Assembly (NCBI GenBank): GCA_024401115.1
Contig: JAKSLP010000007.1
Location: 13,869-77,868, forward strand
Length of the DNA stretch: 64,000 bases
Direction: 5' to 3'
Origin: Bacteroidaceae bacterium
Lineage (GTDB): Bacteria > Bacteroidota > Bacteroidia > Bacteroidales > Bacteroidaceae
A program made the position numbers and the translations under genes. The notes beneath the pieces are model-generated. The model worked only from the letters and a program-made list of their open reading frames with translations, made no database searches and was not told the origin of the DNA. Of this stretch, positions 39,180-49,303 are shown in pieces. How positions within the stretch are numbered: the first letter of the stretch is position 1; each line of letters begins with the position of its first letter.

Positions 39180-40991
39180 ATGCGTTTGTTAAGAAACATG
39201 CTGATTGGCTGTGTGCTGCTGAGCAGTACCGCCATGGCACAAAACAGGAACGAGCTGAATATGCCTGTGAAGATCAAGGCAAATTTGGACGAGTTTGTAG
39301 TATTGAGCGAGAAAACCGATTTTAAGAAGACCCCTAAGTTTGACGAGACCCGTGATTTCTTCCACCGTCTGGAGGCTGTTTCTCCTATGGTGAAGAACAG
39401 CAGCTTCGGTGTCAGCCCTCAGGGTCGTGAATTGTCGTTGGTGGTTATTGATAAGGATGGCTTGACCACACCCGAGGCTATCCGTGCCAAGGGCCGTATC
39501 ATCATTCTGGTGGAGTCATGTATCCACAGCGGTGAGCCTGACGGTAAGGATGCCTGCATGATTTATTTCCGTGATATGGTGTTGAAGGGTAAGGACAAGG
39601 AACTGCTGGACAACGTGAGCTTTGTTCTGGATCCAGTGTTCAATGTGGATGGTCATGAGGATTTCCGTGCCACCAATCGTATCAACCAGAACGGTCCTGA
39701 CGAGTTGGGAACCCGTAACAATGCGCTTCTGCTCAACCTGAACCGTGACTTCCTGAAGACCGAGTCGCCTGAGATGAAGGACTGGCATCGCATGTACAAC
39801 TATTGGGATCCTGAGTTGTTTATCGACTGCCATGTGACCAATGGTGCTGATTTCCAGTATGTAATGACCTATTCCGTTGAGAATCACGGTGAGGCTATGT
39901 CGCCTGCATTGAAGAAATATGCAACCGACATCTACGATAAGCAGTTGAATGAGCGTATGACTAAGGTGGGTTTCCCTATGTTCCCATACTGCTCATACCG
40001 CAGAAGCTATGCTCCTGAGTTGGGTGCAAGTCTTGACGCTTTCGACCCTCGTTACTCCACCAGCTATGCAGCCTTCCGCAACCGTATCGGTCTGTTGCTG
40101 GAGACTCATATCTACAAACCATACAAGGAGCGTGTGATGAGTACCATTGAGGCTATCCGTCAGAGTGCCTTCATTCTGGCTGAGAGCAAGAAGGAACTTC
40201 GTCAGGCTATCGAGAAGTCGGATGCCTATGTGGCAAGTCCCGAGTTCCGCAAGCAGGCGTTCCCATTGGATTACAAGATTGATCCTACCGACAGTATCAT
40301 GGTGGATTACCTGGGTTGGGAACGTGATACCATCAAGAGTGATTTGAGTGGTGCCGATTGGGTTCGCCACCGTTATGACAAGCCTAAGACCTATCGTATT
40401 CCATTGTTTACCAAGCATGTACCTACTGTTACCGTCAAGGTGCCTAAGGCTTACATCCTGATGCCTCAGTATGCTAACATTGCTGAGATTCTGGAACTGA
40501 ACGGTTTGAAGCTGACCCGTCTGGAGGAGGCTAAGGAAGTGGAAGTGGAGACTTACCGTTATTCCGGTGGTCAGTTGGCTACCCGCCCAAGCGAGAACCG
40601 TGTGCCTGTAGTGAAGACCAACTATACCACTCAGACCGAGAAGTTGGTTTATCCTAAGGGCAGCTACTATCTGGATATGAACCAGCCAAATGCCAAGTTG
40701 GCCATCTATGCACTGGAGCCAAATGCTCCGGGTTCACTGACCTATTGGGGTTACTTCAACGGACATGTATGGCCTGTAGGTGAATTCTGGGTACGCCAGT
40801 CGTATATGGAGGAAAAGGGCCGTGAGATGCTGGCTAATGATCCAGAGCTCAAGAAACGCTTTGAGGAAAAGATGAAGAATCCTGATTTTGCCAAGGATTC
40901 CAATGCCATCCTGAATTTCTTCTATGAGATTGTGCAGAAGCAGTCACATCAGGATAGCGATGTGCATCCTGCTTGGCGTGTTATGGATTAA
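39180..40991 (+). CDS. M14 family metallopeptidase, secreted
   Basis: Signal peptide; CIHSGEPDG (HxxE) zinc motif; 603 aa. Confidence 0.8.
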   Translation: MRLLRNMLIGCVLLSSTAMAQNRNELNMPVKIKANLDEFVVLSEKTDFKKTPKFDETRDFFHRLEAVSPMVKNSSFGVSPQGRELSLVVIDKDGLTTPEAIRAKGRIIILVESCIHSGEPDGKDACMIYFRDMVLKGKDKELLDNVSFVLDPVFNVDGHEDFRATNRINQNGPDELGTRNNALLLNLNRDFLKTESPEMKDWHRMYNYWDPELFIDCHVTNGADFQYVMTYSVENHGEAMSPALKKYATDIYDKQLNERMTKVGFPMFPYCSYRRSYAPELGASLDAFDPRYSTSYAAFRNRIGLLLETHIYKPYKERVMSTIEAIRQSAFILAESKKELRQAIEKSDAYVASPEFRKQAFPLDYKIDPTDSIMVDYLGWERDTIKSDLSGADWVRHRYDKPKTYRIPLFTKHVPTVTVKVPKAYILMPQYANIAEILELNGLKLTRLEEAKEVEVETYRYSGGQLATRPSENRVPVVKTNYTTQTEKLVYPKGSYYLDMNQPNAKLAIYALEPNAPGSLTYWGYFNGHVWPVGEFWVRQSYMEEKGREMLANDPELKKRFEEKMKNPDFAKDSNAILNFFYEIVQKQSHQDSDVHPAWRVMD

Positions 40992-41012
40992 AAATAAATT
41001 ACAATCTCTCAT

Positions 41013-41136
41013 GTCATTCTGAGCGAATGCGAAGCGCTCGAACTTGTTCGCTCTCGTAGTGAAACGGAGAGAGAATCTTACCTCGCGAGTAGTGCCATTC
41101 GGAATAGAAAGATCCTTCGCTAACGCTCAGGATGAC
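41013..41136. repeat. GTCATTCTGAGCGAA(T)GCGAAG hairpin element, copy C
   Basis: The arm starting at 41013 pairs with GATCCTTCGCTAACGCTCAGGATGAC at 41111-41136. The element starts 22 nt after the M14 stop. Confidence 0.8.
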
Positions 41137-41168
41137 AAAGGGGTGGCACGATGATTCATGAGGAAATA

Positions 41169-41197
41169 AAAAAGGTGCATTGAAAATGCACCTTTTT
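41169..41197. terminator. bidirectional terminator between the M14 and acyl-CoA synthetase genes
   Basis: AAAAAGGTGCAT-TGAAA-ATGCACCTTTTT. Confidence 0.75.
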
Positions 41198-41200
41198 TAT

Positions 41201-42919
41201 TTACTTCTTATCCCGAATAGCAACTCTTCGAATCTTTCCGGAAATAGTCTTCGGAAGTTCATCCACAAACTCTATCACGCGAGGATACTTATATGGAGCA
41301 GTCACACGCTTTACATGATCCTGCAGTTCCTTGATAAATACCTCTTTATCCTCAGGAGTAGCAATACGCGACTGGAATCCCTTGCCCAAAACGATGGTAG
41401 CCTTCACCACCTGACCGCGGATCTCGTCAGGCACACCGGTAATGGCACATTCCACTACCGAAGGATGAGTCATTAAGGCACTCTCCACTTCGAAAGGACC
41501 GATGCGGTAACCCGAACTCTTGATTACATCATCAATACGGCCTACAAACCAGTAGAAACCGTCCTCATCTCGCCAAGCCACATCACCCGTATAGTAGATG
41601 TCATCGTGCCATGCCTCGTGAGTCAGTTCCGGATCACGGTAATACTCCTTGAACAGGCCCACAGGCTTGCCCTTTCCGGTACGCACCACAATCTCTCCCT
41701 GCTCACCGTCCTCGGCCGAACGGCCGTCGTTAGTCAGCAAATCAATGTCATACTGAGGGTTAGGCACGCCCATACTTCCCGGTTTCGGATTCATCCATGG
41801 GAATGTACCCAATGTCAGTGTGGTCTCGGTCTGTCCGAATCCCTCCATCAGACGGATACCGGTCAGCTGCAGGAACTTCTCATAAACCGCATGGTTCAAT
41901 GCCTCACCCGCTGTAGTACAGTATTCCAGGGATGACAAATCATATTTGGTCAAATCCTCACGGATCAGGAATCGGTAGATGGTAGGAGGAGCACACAACG
42001 AAGTGATGCGGTAGTGCTGCAGCTTCTGCAGGATATCGGCAGGCGTAAACTTCTCATGGTCATAGACAAACACTACGGCACCAGCCAGCCACTGGCCATA
42101 CAGCTTTCCCCATACGGCCTTACCCCAACCGGTATCGGCAATGGTGAGGTGCAATGAGTTGGGATGCAGATGATGCCAGTATACACCTGTGGCCAGATGC
42201 CCCAGGGCATAGCTGAAATCATGAGCCACCATCTTAGGTTCACCGGTAGTACCGCTGGTGAAATACATCAGCATGGTGTCGCCGGTCTCGTTCTTCGGAG
42301 GACGCACAAAGGCAGGCGCTTGGGCAATACCCTCCTCCAGGTTCTGGAACTTCAGCACCTTGCCGCCGGCAGCTGGAATCTCACGGGTGAACAGGTCGCC
42401 CGACTTCTCGCTGGGCACTACAGGAGGAATGGCACTCAGCAGTTCCACCGAAGGACAATCCTTCATGGCACCACTGATATGATCCACAATCACATCCTCA
42501 CCGGCAGCCAGAATAGCCTTAATGTCGGCAGCCTTACAGCGGTAGATGATATCCTTGGCCGTAAGCAGATGAGTGGCAGGAATAGCCACAGCGGCCAGTT
42601 TATGTAAAGCTAAAATGCTGAACCAGAACTCATAGCGTCTCTTCAGTATCAGCATCACGCAATCACCCTTACCTATTCCCTGCTGCTGCAGGTACGATGC
42701 AGTCTGGTCGGTATAATACTTCAGGTCCTTATACGTAAAACGCACTTCCTTGCCCTGGTCGTTGGTCCACAGCATTGCCAGTTTATCCGGATCCTGTGCA
42801 GCCCATTCGTCCATCACATCATAGGCAAAGTTGAAATGATCAGGAACAATTATCTTAAAATTATCGATAAAGTCCTGCTGTGATGTAAAATCAGTCTGTG
42901 TAACAAATTTCTCAAACAT
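41201..42919 (-). CDS. AMP-binding acyl-CoA synthetase
   Basis: YFTSGTTGEPKMV, GQTET, YYTGD and SGKIRR motifs. The ATG at 42919 is preferred over the TTG at 42937, which would overlap the upstream gene. Confidence 0.88.
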   Translation of the reverse strand: MFEKFVTQTDFTSQQDFIDNFKIIVPDHFNFAYDVMDEWAAQDPDKLAMLWTNDQGKEVRFTYKDLKYYTDQTASYLQQQGIGKGDCVMLILKRRYEFWFSILALHKLAAVAIPATHLLTAKDIIYRCKAADIKAILAAGEDVIVDHISGAMKDCPSVELLSAIPPVVPSEKSGDLFTREIPAAGGKVLKFQNLEEGIAQAPAFVRPPKNETGDTMLMYFTSGTTGEPKMVAHDFSYALGHLATGVYWHHLHPNSLHLTIADTGWGKAVWGKLYGQWLAGAVVFVYDHEKFTPADILQKLQHYRITSLCAPPTIYRFLIREDLTKYDLSSLEYCTTAGEALNHAVYEKFLQLTGIRLMEGFGQTETTLTLGTFPWMNPKPGSMGVPNPQYDIDLLTNDGRSAEDGEQGEIVVRTGKGKPVGLFKEYYRDPELTHEAWHDDIYYTGDVAWRDEDGFYWFVGRIDDVIKSSGYRIGPFEVESALMTHPSVVECAITGVPDEIRGQVVKATIVLGKGFQSRIATPEDKEVFIKELQDHVKRVTAPYKYPRVIEFVDELPKTISGKIRRVAIRDKK

Positions 42920-42926
42920 AAAATTA

Positions 42927-43478
42927 TCAGCAAACAACGGTCAGGAATTTCACTTCCTTACCCCCCAGGGCTCTCATGCCATGAGGTAATTCTGAATTTA
43001 AATAAATGCTGTCCCCTACTTCCAGGATCATCTTCTTCACGCTGACGGTCAGCTCTAGGGTGCCTTCCACCACCATGATGAATTCCTGTCCGGAATGGGT
43101 GTTCAGAGGCACTTCGTCGGTATCCTTAGGGCTTACGGTCACCATAAACGGTTCCATGGTTCTGCCACGGAATCCACTGGCTAAGGATTCATATTTATAG
43201 GCTTTTCTTCGCTCAATGCTCACGCCCGCATTCGCACGGGTCAGGAAATAACTGCTCAACTTCGGTTCCTCGCCAAACATAAGCACCTCCAGTCCTATGC
43301 CGTACTGGCGGGAAATGTTCTGCAGGGCAGCCACCGAAATGTCGGATTCGCCACTCTCCACCAGCGCATATTCCTCGTCTGTATATCCGGCTGTAGCAGC
43401 CACCTCCTGAACGGTAAGACCCAGCACCTCCCTAAGTCCTTTCAGTCGTTCAGCAATCTGTCGGATTTCAGTGTCCAT
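42927..43478 (-). CDS. XRE-family HTH + cupin domain transcriptional regulator
   Basis: N-terminal HTH (LKGLREVLGLTVQEVAATAG); C-terminal cupin (GQEFIMVVEG...LPHGMRALG). Confidence 0.8.
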   Translation of the reverse strand: MDTEIRQIAERLKGLREVLGLTVQEVAATAGYTDEEYALVESGESDISVAALQNISRQYGIGLEVLMFGEEPKLSSYFLTRANAGVSIERRKAYKYESLASGFRGRTMEPFMVTVSPKDTDEVPLNTHSGQEFIMVVEGTLELTVSVKKMILEVGDSIYLNSELPHGMRALGGKEVKFLTVVC

Positions 43479-43515
43479 ATTATTTCATGATATTAATTTC
43501 GTACAAATATAAGAA

Positions 43516-43550
43516 TTTAGCCGCCAATTCGAAAGGAAATGGCGGCTAAA
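43516..43550 (-). terminator. hairpin terminator after the EEP gene
   Basis: TTTAGCCGCCA...TGGCGGCTAAA 11-bp stem; U-rich on the minus strand. Confidence 0.6.
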
Positions 43551-43618
43551 AGAACAATATTGTAATTATTTTAATACTTTTTTGAACAATATTGCACAAA
43601 GCAGAAATGGCTGTGCAA

Positions 43619-44518
43619 TTAGAAAGTGATATTCACCAGCACTGGATTATGGTCGCTCATGAACGGACCTTCTGGTCCCTCGGCCTGTACAGGGATGTAT
43701 GAGCGGTTCACCTTGATGGTAGGAGTCACAAAGATAAAGTCAATCTTGTGACGGTCCTCCAGGGCGTAGCGGTTCCAGTCGTGGAAGCTGTATGCCTGAC
43801 CCTCCACCTTGTCGGCAATCTTGTGCGAGTCCTTGAACACGAACTCACTCTCGGTAAGGGTCTTGTAAGCAGGATCATCGTCGGTAATGTTGAAGTCGCC
43901 GGTCAGAACGGCAGGCTGGTCGCCTACTATCTCCTTGATCTTGTCCATGATCAGCAATGCACCATTGTGACGTGCCTGAACGCCCACATGGTCAAAGTGG
44001 GTGTTGACTGCCATGAAAATCTTGCCGGTCTTCTTGTCCTGCAACTTAGCCCAGGTGGCTGTACGTGGGCACGCACCGTCCCAACCGATATAGCCGATGC
44101 TGTCTGGATATTCCGACAACCAGAACGTATTGGTATCCAGTACGTCAAACTTGTCGGTCTTGAAGAAGATGCACATGGCCTCACCCTTCTTGTCGCCATC
44201 CTCACGGCCCACACCTACATGAGTGTACTCAGGCAGACGCTCTGCCAGATCGGTCAGCTGGTTGTACAGCACCTCCTGCATACCCACGATATCCAGGTCC
44301 TGCGCCTTGATGAAGTTGGCCATCGAGTCACGTCGGTTGGCCCAAACATTAGGACCGTCGCCAGGATTGTCCAGACGCACATTCATGGTTGCCCAGTTCA
44401 GGGTCAGCTCATCGTTAGCCTCGGTTGCAGCCTCATTGGTCGCATTGGTTTTACCGCCACAGGCTACTAAAGCGGCAGTGCTTAAAATTGCCATCAGAGA
44501 GAGAAATGTTTTACGCAT
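43619..44518 (-). CDS. endonuclease/exonuclease/phosphatase family lipoprotein
   Basis: Lipobox LVACGG; EEP motifs DIVGMQEV, NTHFDH, GDFN and SDHNPV. Confidence 0.85.
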   Translation of the reverse strand: MRKTFLSLMAILSTAALVACGGKTNATNEAATEANDELTLNWATMNVRLDNPGDGPNVWANRRDSMANFIKAQDLDIVGMQEVLYNQLTDLAERLPEYTHVGVGREDGDKKGEAMCIFFKTDKFDVLDTNTFWLSEYPDSIGYIGWDGACPRTATWAKLQDKKTGKIFMAVNTHFDHVGVQARHNGALLIMDKIKEIVGDQPAVLTGDFNITDDDPAYKTLTESEFVFKDSHKIADKVEGQAYSFHDWNRYALEDRHKIDFIFVTPTIKVNRSYIPVQAEGPEGPFMSDHNPVLVNITF

Positions 44519-44544
44519 ACTATTAGGTTTTGATTAATCTGGTG

Positions 44545-44552
44545 CAAAGATA
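44545..44552 (-). promoter_or_regulatory. -7 box TATCTTTG for the EEP-family gene
   Basis: Exact TAnnTTTG 27 nt upstream of the ATG at 44518. Confidence 0.45.
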
Positions 44553-44574
44553 GAAAATTTGGAAAAATAATGCG

Positions 44575-44582
44575 TATCTTTG
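44575..44582 (+). promoter_or_regulatory. -7 box TATCTTTG for rhaM
   Basis: Exact TAnnTTTG 29 nt upstream of the ATG at 44611; back-to-back with the box at 44545. Confidence 0.45.
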
Positions 44583-44610
44583 TGGAGTAAAATTACACAT
44601 TATATTATAT

Positions 44611-44988
44611 ATGGAAGGAATATTGGTAAAAAACTACGGCCAGCCGGTAAAGCGATATGTGCAGATCCTGGACTTGCGTAATGACCCCGGGCTGATAGAG
44701 GCCTATAAGTTGCAGCACAGCGAAGCGCACATGTGGCCCGAGATTATGGAGGGAATCAAGAAGGTGGGCATCCTGGAAATGGAACTTTACATTCAAGGCG
44801 ACCGTCTGGTGATGATTGTAGAGACTCCCCTGGACTTTGACTGGGATACCGCCATGGCTGAATTGGCCACACTCCCGCGCCAGCAGGAATGGGAGACCTG
44901 GAATGCCCAATACCAGTTGTGCAACCCCGGTGACACCTCGGATGAGAAGTGGAAACTCATGGAACGTATGTTCCACCTTTATAAATGA
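44611..44988 (+). CDS. rhaM: L-rhamnose mutarotase
   Basis: RYVQILDLRNDPGLIEAYKLQHSEAHMWPEI...QEWETWNAQYQ fits the RhaM/DUF718 pattern. Confidence 0.8.
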   Translation: MEGILVKNYGQPVKRYVQILDLRNDPGLIEAYKLQHSEAHMWPEIMEGIKKVGILEMELYIQGDRLVMIVETPLDFDWDTAMAELATLPRQQEWETWNAQYQLCNPGDTSDEKWKLMERMFHLYK

Positions 44989-45179
44989 CACGAAGAATTC
45001 GGACAAACGCCCGATTTTACGAAATGGAAGACTTGATTTTTTCAAAGTTTTCCATTTTGTTTTGTTAATCGCATGATATACTGCATTTTGTAATTTTTCA
45101 TTCGACCGAAAGTTTTCCAAAACGGAAAAATTCCTAAAAAATAATTCCTTTTTTGCTTGCTTATATCCGCAATAATCTT

Positions 45180-45187
45180 TAGTTTTG
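45180..45187 (+). promoter_or_regulatory. -7 box TAGTTTTG for nrdDG
   Basis: Exact TAnnTTTG 46 nt upstream of the ATG at 45233. Confidence 0.5.
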
Positions 45188-45232
45188 CATCAACAAAAAT
45201 TTCTTAGAAGAGTTTATTTTTCATAATGTACC

Positions 45233-47440
45233 ATGATTCAGACAGTTAAAAAGCGCGATGGCCGTATAGTAGGCTATAACGAGGAGAAAATCAAGGCTGC
45301 CATCCGCAAGGCGATGTTGCAGACAGAAAAGGGAGAGGACGAGAGTTTGATTCAACGTATTGCTGACCGTATCGGCTATAGCGGCCGTGAGCAGATGACC
45401 GTTGAGGAGATTCAGGACTTGGTAGAATACGAGTTGATGAAGAGCCCCCGTAAGGAGGTTGCCAAGAAGTACATTGCTTACCGTGACCAGCGAAGCATTG
45501 CACGTAGAGCTAAGACCCGCGATATTTTCCTCGAGATCATCAATGCTAAAAATAACGACATCACCCGCGAGAATGCCAACATGAATGCGGATTCTCCTGC
45601 CGGTATGATGATGAAGTTTGCCAGCGAGACTACCAAGCCTTTCGTTGACGACTATCTGCTGAGTTCCGAGGTACGTGATGCCGTACGCAACAATCTGCTT
45701 CATATTCATGATAAGGACTATTACCCAACCAAGAGTCTGACCTGTGTTCAGCATCCGTTGGATAAGATCCTGAACTATGGTTTCGTGGCCGGTCATGGCG
45801 AGAGCCGTCCTGCCAAGCGTATCGAGACTGCCAGCGTCATCGCTTGTATCAGCCTGGAGACTGCTCAGAACGAGATGCACGGAGGTCAGGCTATCCCAGC
45901 ATTCGACTTCTATCTGGCTCCTTACGTACGCGCCACCTATAAGGAAGAGGTGAAGTATGTGGAGCAGATTACCGGTTTCGACTTGACCGACCTGTACGAT
46001 GCTGAACTGGAGGATTATATCGTTAAGCCTTTGGAGGGACTGACCGGTAAGGCACGTGCCGAGCAGCATGCCATCAACCGTACCGTTGGTCGTGTTCATC
46101 AGGCCATGGAGGCATTTATCCATAACATGAACACCATCCACAGCCGTGGCGGTAACCAGGTGGTATTCAGCTCTATCAACTATGGTACCGATACCAGTGC
46201 CGAGGGCCGTTGCATCATGCGCGAGATTCTGCTGTCTACCCTGGAGGGTGTAGGAAACGGAGCTACTGCCATCTTCCCTATCCAGATCTGGAAGAAGAAG
46301 CGTGGAATCAGCTACCTGCCTACCGACCGCAACTACGACCTGTATCAGTTGGCTTGTAAGGTAACCGCACGTCGTTTCTTCCCTAACTTCGTGAACCTGG
46401 ATGCTACCTACAACTTCAACGAGAAGTGGGACGTGAACGATCCTCAGCGCTATAAGTATGAGATTGCTACCATGGGTTGCCGTACCCGTGTGTTCGAGAA
46501 CCGTTTCGGTGAGAAGACTTCCATCGGCCGTGGCAACCTGTCGTTCAGCACCATCAACATCGTACGCATGGCTATTGAGTGCAGGGAGATTGAGGATAAG
46601 GAGAAGCGTATCAATGCCTTCTTCGCTAAGCTGGACAACATGCTGGAGGTAACCGCTCAGCAGTTGCACGAGCGCTTCCTGTTCCAGAAGACCGCATTGG
46701 CTAAGCAGTTCCCACTGGTAATGAGCAAGCTGTGGAACGGCTCGGAGAACCTGAATCCAAACGAGACCATCGAGAGCGTGATCAACCAGGGTACCCTGGG
46801 TATCGGCTTCATCGGTTTGGCCGAGTGTCTGATTGCCCTGACCGGCAAGCATCACGGTGAGAGCGAGGAGGCTCAGGAACTGGGTATCCGCATCGTGACC
46901 TACATGCGCGACCGTGCGAACGATTTCAGCACCAAGTTCCAGCACAACTACAGTATCCTGGCTACTCCAGCCGAGGGTCTGTCGGGACGCTTCACCAAGT
47001 ACGACAAGAAGAAGTTCGGTATTATCCCGGGTGTAACCGATAAGGATTACTATACCAACTCTAACCATGTGCCTGTATACTACCACTGCAGCCCACGTCA
47101 TAAGGCTGAGGTAGAGGCTCCATACCATGACCTGACCCGTGGCGGTCACATCTTCTATGTGGAGATTGATGGTGATGCCACTCACAACCCACAGGCTATC
47201 ATGGATATCGTAGACCTGATGGACAAGTACAACATCGGCTATGGCAGTGTTAACCACAACCGCAACCGCTGTATGGATTGCGGCTATGAGGATGCCACCG
47301 AGGGTCTGACCGTATGTCCTAAGTGTGGTGGAACCCACATCGATACTCTCCAGCGTATCACCGGTTATCTGGTAGGTACCACCGACCGTTGGAACAGCGG
47401 TAAGCTGGCTGAGTTGCGTGACCGAGTAGTTCATAAATAA
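45233..47440 (+). CDS. nrdD: anaerobic ribonucleoside-triphosphate reductase
   Basis: N-terminal ATP-cone (VKKRDGRIVGYNEEKI); C-terminal Zn site CMDCGY...CPKCG and glycyl-radical motif RITGYLVG. Confidence 0.95.
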   Translation: MIQTVKKRDGRIVGYNEEKIKAAIRKAMLQTEKGEDESLIQRIADRIGYSGREQMTVEEIQDLVEYELMKSPRKEVAKKYIAYRDQRSIARRAKTRDIFLEIINAKNNDITRENANMNADSPAGMMMKFASETTKPFVDDYLLSSEVRDAVRNNLLHIHDKDYYPTKSLTCVQHPLDKILNYGFVAGHGESRPAKRIETASVIACISLETAQNEMHGGQAIPAFDFYLAPYVRATYKEEVKYVEQITGFDLTDLYDAELEDYIVKPLEGLTGKARAEQHAINRTVGRVHQAMEAFIHNMNTIHSRGGNQVVFSSINYGTDTSAEGRCIMREILLSTLEGVGNGATAIFPIQIWKKKRGISYLPTDRNYDLYQLACKVTARRFFPNFVNLDATYNFNEKWDVNDPQRYKYEIATMGCRTRVFENRFGEKTSIGRGNLSFSTINIVRMAIECREIEDKEKRINAFFAKLDNMLEVTAQQLHERFLFQKTALAKQFPLVMSKLWNGSENLNPNETIESVINQGTLGIGFIGLAECLIALTGKHHGESEEAQELGIRIVTYMRDRANDFSTKFQHNYSILATPAEGLSGRFTKYDKKKFGIIPGVTDKDYYTNSNHVPVYYHCSPRHKAEVEAPYHDLTRGGHIFYVEIDGDATHNPQAIMDIVDLMDKYNIGYGSVNHNRNRCMDCGYEDATEGLTVCPKCGGTHIDTLQRITGYLVGTTDRWNSGKLAELRDRVVHK

Positions 47441-47445
47441 ATAAC

Positions 47446-47477
47446 AATTAATCCCGGGTTAACATCCGGGATTAATT
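47446..47477 (+). other. intercistronic hairpin between nrdD and nrdG
   Basis: AATTAATCCCGG-GTTAACAT-CCGGGATTAATT 12-bp stem. Confidence 0.6.
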
Positions 47478-47491
47478 TTAAGCCTATAATC

Positions 47492-47974
47492 ATGCTGAGA
47501 GTACTGAACATTGCCGAAGGCACTTCCGTGGACGGTCCCGGACTGAGAACCTCCATCTATTTTGCAGGATGCAACCATCATTGCGAGGGCTGCCATAATC
47601 CCCAGTCTTGGGACAGGAACGGCGGAAAGGAATGGAGTGTAGACGAGCTGATGCATGTCATCAACTACAATGATTTCCCTGTCACCTTCACCGGTGGCGA
47701 CCCGTTGCTGCAGATTGACGAACTCATCGTGCTGGCCCGACGCGTCAAGGAAGAGTTAGGAAAGAACATCTGGTGCTACACCGGTTACCTGTGGGAGGAC
47801 GTTATTCAGAACCCCAAGTTCATGGAACTCCTACCCTACATCGATGTCATGGTTGAGGGCCCCTTCATCTTTGCCCAGCGCGACATCACCCTGTTATTCA
47901 AGGGAAGTGCCAACCAGCGCTTGGTCAATGTACAGGAATCATTAAAACAAAATAAAACGATTGAATATGAGTAA
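47492..47974 (+). CDS. nrdG: anaerobic ribonucleotide reductase activating protein (radical SAM)
   Basis: GCNHHCEGCHNPQSW cluster motif; immediately downstream of nrdD. Confidence 0.92.
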   Translation: MLRVLNIAEGTSVDGPGLRTSIYFAGCNHHCEGCHNPQSWDRNGGKEWSVDELMHVINYNDFPVTFTGGDPLLQIDELIVLARRVKEELGKNIWCYTGYLWEDVIQNPKFMELLPYIDVMVEGPFIFAQRDITLLFKGSANQRLVNVQESLKQNKTIEYE

Positions 47975-47997
47975 TATTCAATCGTTTCCTTTTTTTA
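47955..47997. terminator. terminator after nrdG
   Basis: AAACGATTGAATAT-GAGTA-ATATTCAATCGTTT followed by CCTTTTTTT. Confidence 0.75.
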
Positions 47998-48228
47998 TGC
48001 ACCCTCTTCCGCAGAAGCCTCGATTGTGAAATCCCCCTTGGACAGCCGTATGCTCTTCCCCCCGTTCAGGGACTGCATAATCTTCGGCACCTGCGCCACA
48101 ATGGTGAATAGCAGCAACTCCCCCACTGCCGTCAGCACACTTCCGTCAATGATTCCCACCGGAGGCACAAAGAAGCCTCCTACTATCAGGGCGATACTTA
48201 TAACCAGATTGATATAGAAGACTTTCAT
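47995..48228 (-). CDS. hypothetical small membrane protein
   Basis: 77 aa with two predicted TM helices; no recognised family. Confidence 0.45.
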   Translation of the reverse strand: MKVFYINLVISIALIVGGFFVPPVGIIDGSVLTAVGELLLFTIVAQVPKIMQSLNGGKSIRLSKGDFTIEASAEEGA

Positions 48229-48277
48229 AGTACTGAATTATTAATACCCTCTCTTTTGCCATTCCTTGCCCCTCTCT

Positions 48278-48368
48278 GTCATTCTGAGCGAAGCGAAGCG
48301 CTCGAGCTCTGCTCGCTTGCGAAACCAAGCGGAGCAAGAATTGTCAATTGTCAATCATCAATTGTCAC
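48278..48368. repeat. GTCATTCTGAGCGAAGCGAAG element, copy D, followed by AATTGTCA x3
   Basis: Same 21-nt head as copy B; internal GCGCTCGAGC palindrome as in copies A and C; AATTGTCA at 48339, 48346 and 48360. Confidence 0.75.
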
Positions 48369-49064
48369 TTAACCAAAAGCTGGAGGGTTTTGGTTATCAT
48401 CGCCACCGGTCTGGTTATCATTACCGCCAGTCTGCTGGTTTCCGCCATTACCGCCGGATGGAGTCTGTTGACCGTTGTCCGTTGACTGTTGACCATCAGA
48501 TGGAGAACCATCGGGTGTTCCATCTGGATTAGTCAGGTCCACCACATTGCTGCCGGCTTTGATTGCCTTCAGCACAGCCTCCTGAGCCTTACGGCTGGCC
48601 ACCAGATTGAACTCGGCATCGTTCAGCAGGTTCTTGAACTCGGTACCGCAGTCCCAAACCACATTCACACCGGTGATGTTCTGTGCAGAGAACTTTTCAG
48701 CACTCTCAGCACCCTTGCTGGTCAGTGAAACGGAGAAGTCACCCAGGTCGCCCAGACGAATCTTCTTACCCTCCAGCAGCTGCTCACGCATACAGTCCAC
48801 AGCCATATAAAGAATGGCGCTGATGTCCGCACGTGAATAAACGCAGCCGTGGGTAGCGATGTGACGGGCAAACTTCTCGATGGTCATCACGTCAGCATAC
48901 TGAGCGATGGCATAAGCGATCAGCACCTCGCTCTTTACCAGTTCCACATCTGCCTGAGCAGGTGCCACCTTGTCCTTCTCGGCCTGCTTGATGCGAGCCT
49001 TAGCCTGATTGATCTCGAACAGGTTGCTGTTCACTGATCGCATTACGATAGAATAGTTGATCAT
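48369..49064 (-). CDS. Bacteroidales long HU-family DNA-binding protein with low-complexity tail
   Basis: Start at MINYSIVMR (ATG at 49064); HU-like core KKIRLGDLGDFSVSL; G/N/Q/D/T-rich C-terminal tail. Confidence 0.75.
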   Translation of the reverse strand: MINYSIVMRSVNSNLFEINQAKARIKQAEKDKVAPAQADVELVKSEVLIAYAIAQYADVMTIEKFARHIATHGCVYSRADISAILYMAVDCMREQLLEGKKIRLGDLGDFSVSLTSKGAESAEKFSAQNITGVNVVWDCGTEFKNLLNDAEFNLVASRKAQEAVLKAIKAGSNVVDLTNPDGTPDGSPSDGQQSTDNGQQTPSGGNGGNQQTGGNDNQTGGDDNQNPPAFG

Positions 49065-49204
49065 AGTTTTCTCTTTTTTTTTCAAATAAATCGTGCCTTT
49101 GCAAGAGGCTTCCTTTACCCTGTCCGCTGACACGGGTTATCCAGATTTCCAAGGGCCGAAATGGCATAAATTTTAAGGCCCCCATTTCTTGTCCTTTACC
49201 GAAG

Positions 49205-49264
49205 CTTAACTTATGACCTCGCTTGGTCTTATCTTATGACCGACGTCTGTCTTAACTTAAGACC
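49205..49264 (-). repeat. three 14-bp direct repeats (CTTAnCTTAnGACC) at 23-bp spacing in the HU-like gene leader
   Basis: Copies at 49205-49218, 49228-49241 and 49251-49264. They lie between the candidate -7 box (49304-49311) and the ATG at 49064. Confidence 0.8.
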
Positions 49265-49303
49265 GCCAGAATGCACAAGTTGCGCTTCATCTGAATTGCA
49301 CTG

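Noticed and set aside
43748-44470. 240-aa plus-strand ORF.
   Set aside because: It is antisense to the well-supported EEP-family gene and has no recognisable motifs.
44989-45232. NrdR box or riboswitch upstream of nrdD.
   Set aside because: Only a weak AT-rich palindrome-like stretch (GCATGATATACTGC) was seen. There is no convincing pair of NrdR boxes or conserved riboswitch core, and this cannot be verified without covariance-model scanning.
45221-47434. 737-aa ORF on the minus strand.
   Set aside because: It runs exactly antisense to nrdD, whose ATP-cone, Zn-site and glycyl-radical motifs are unambiguous. The antisense translation is low-complexity (L/V/T/G-rich) with no motifs, which is typical of a shadow ORF.
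48266-48532. 88-aa ORF starting MPLSVILSEAKRS.
   Set aside because: It is translated from the GTCATTCTGAGCGAAGCG repeat element and runs antisense into the HU-like gene. This is a known kind of repeat-derived spurious ORF.
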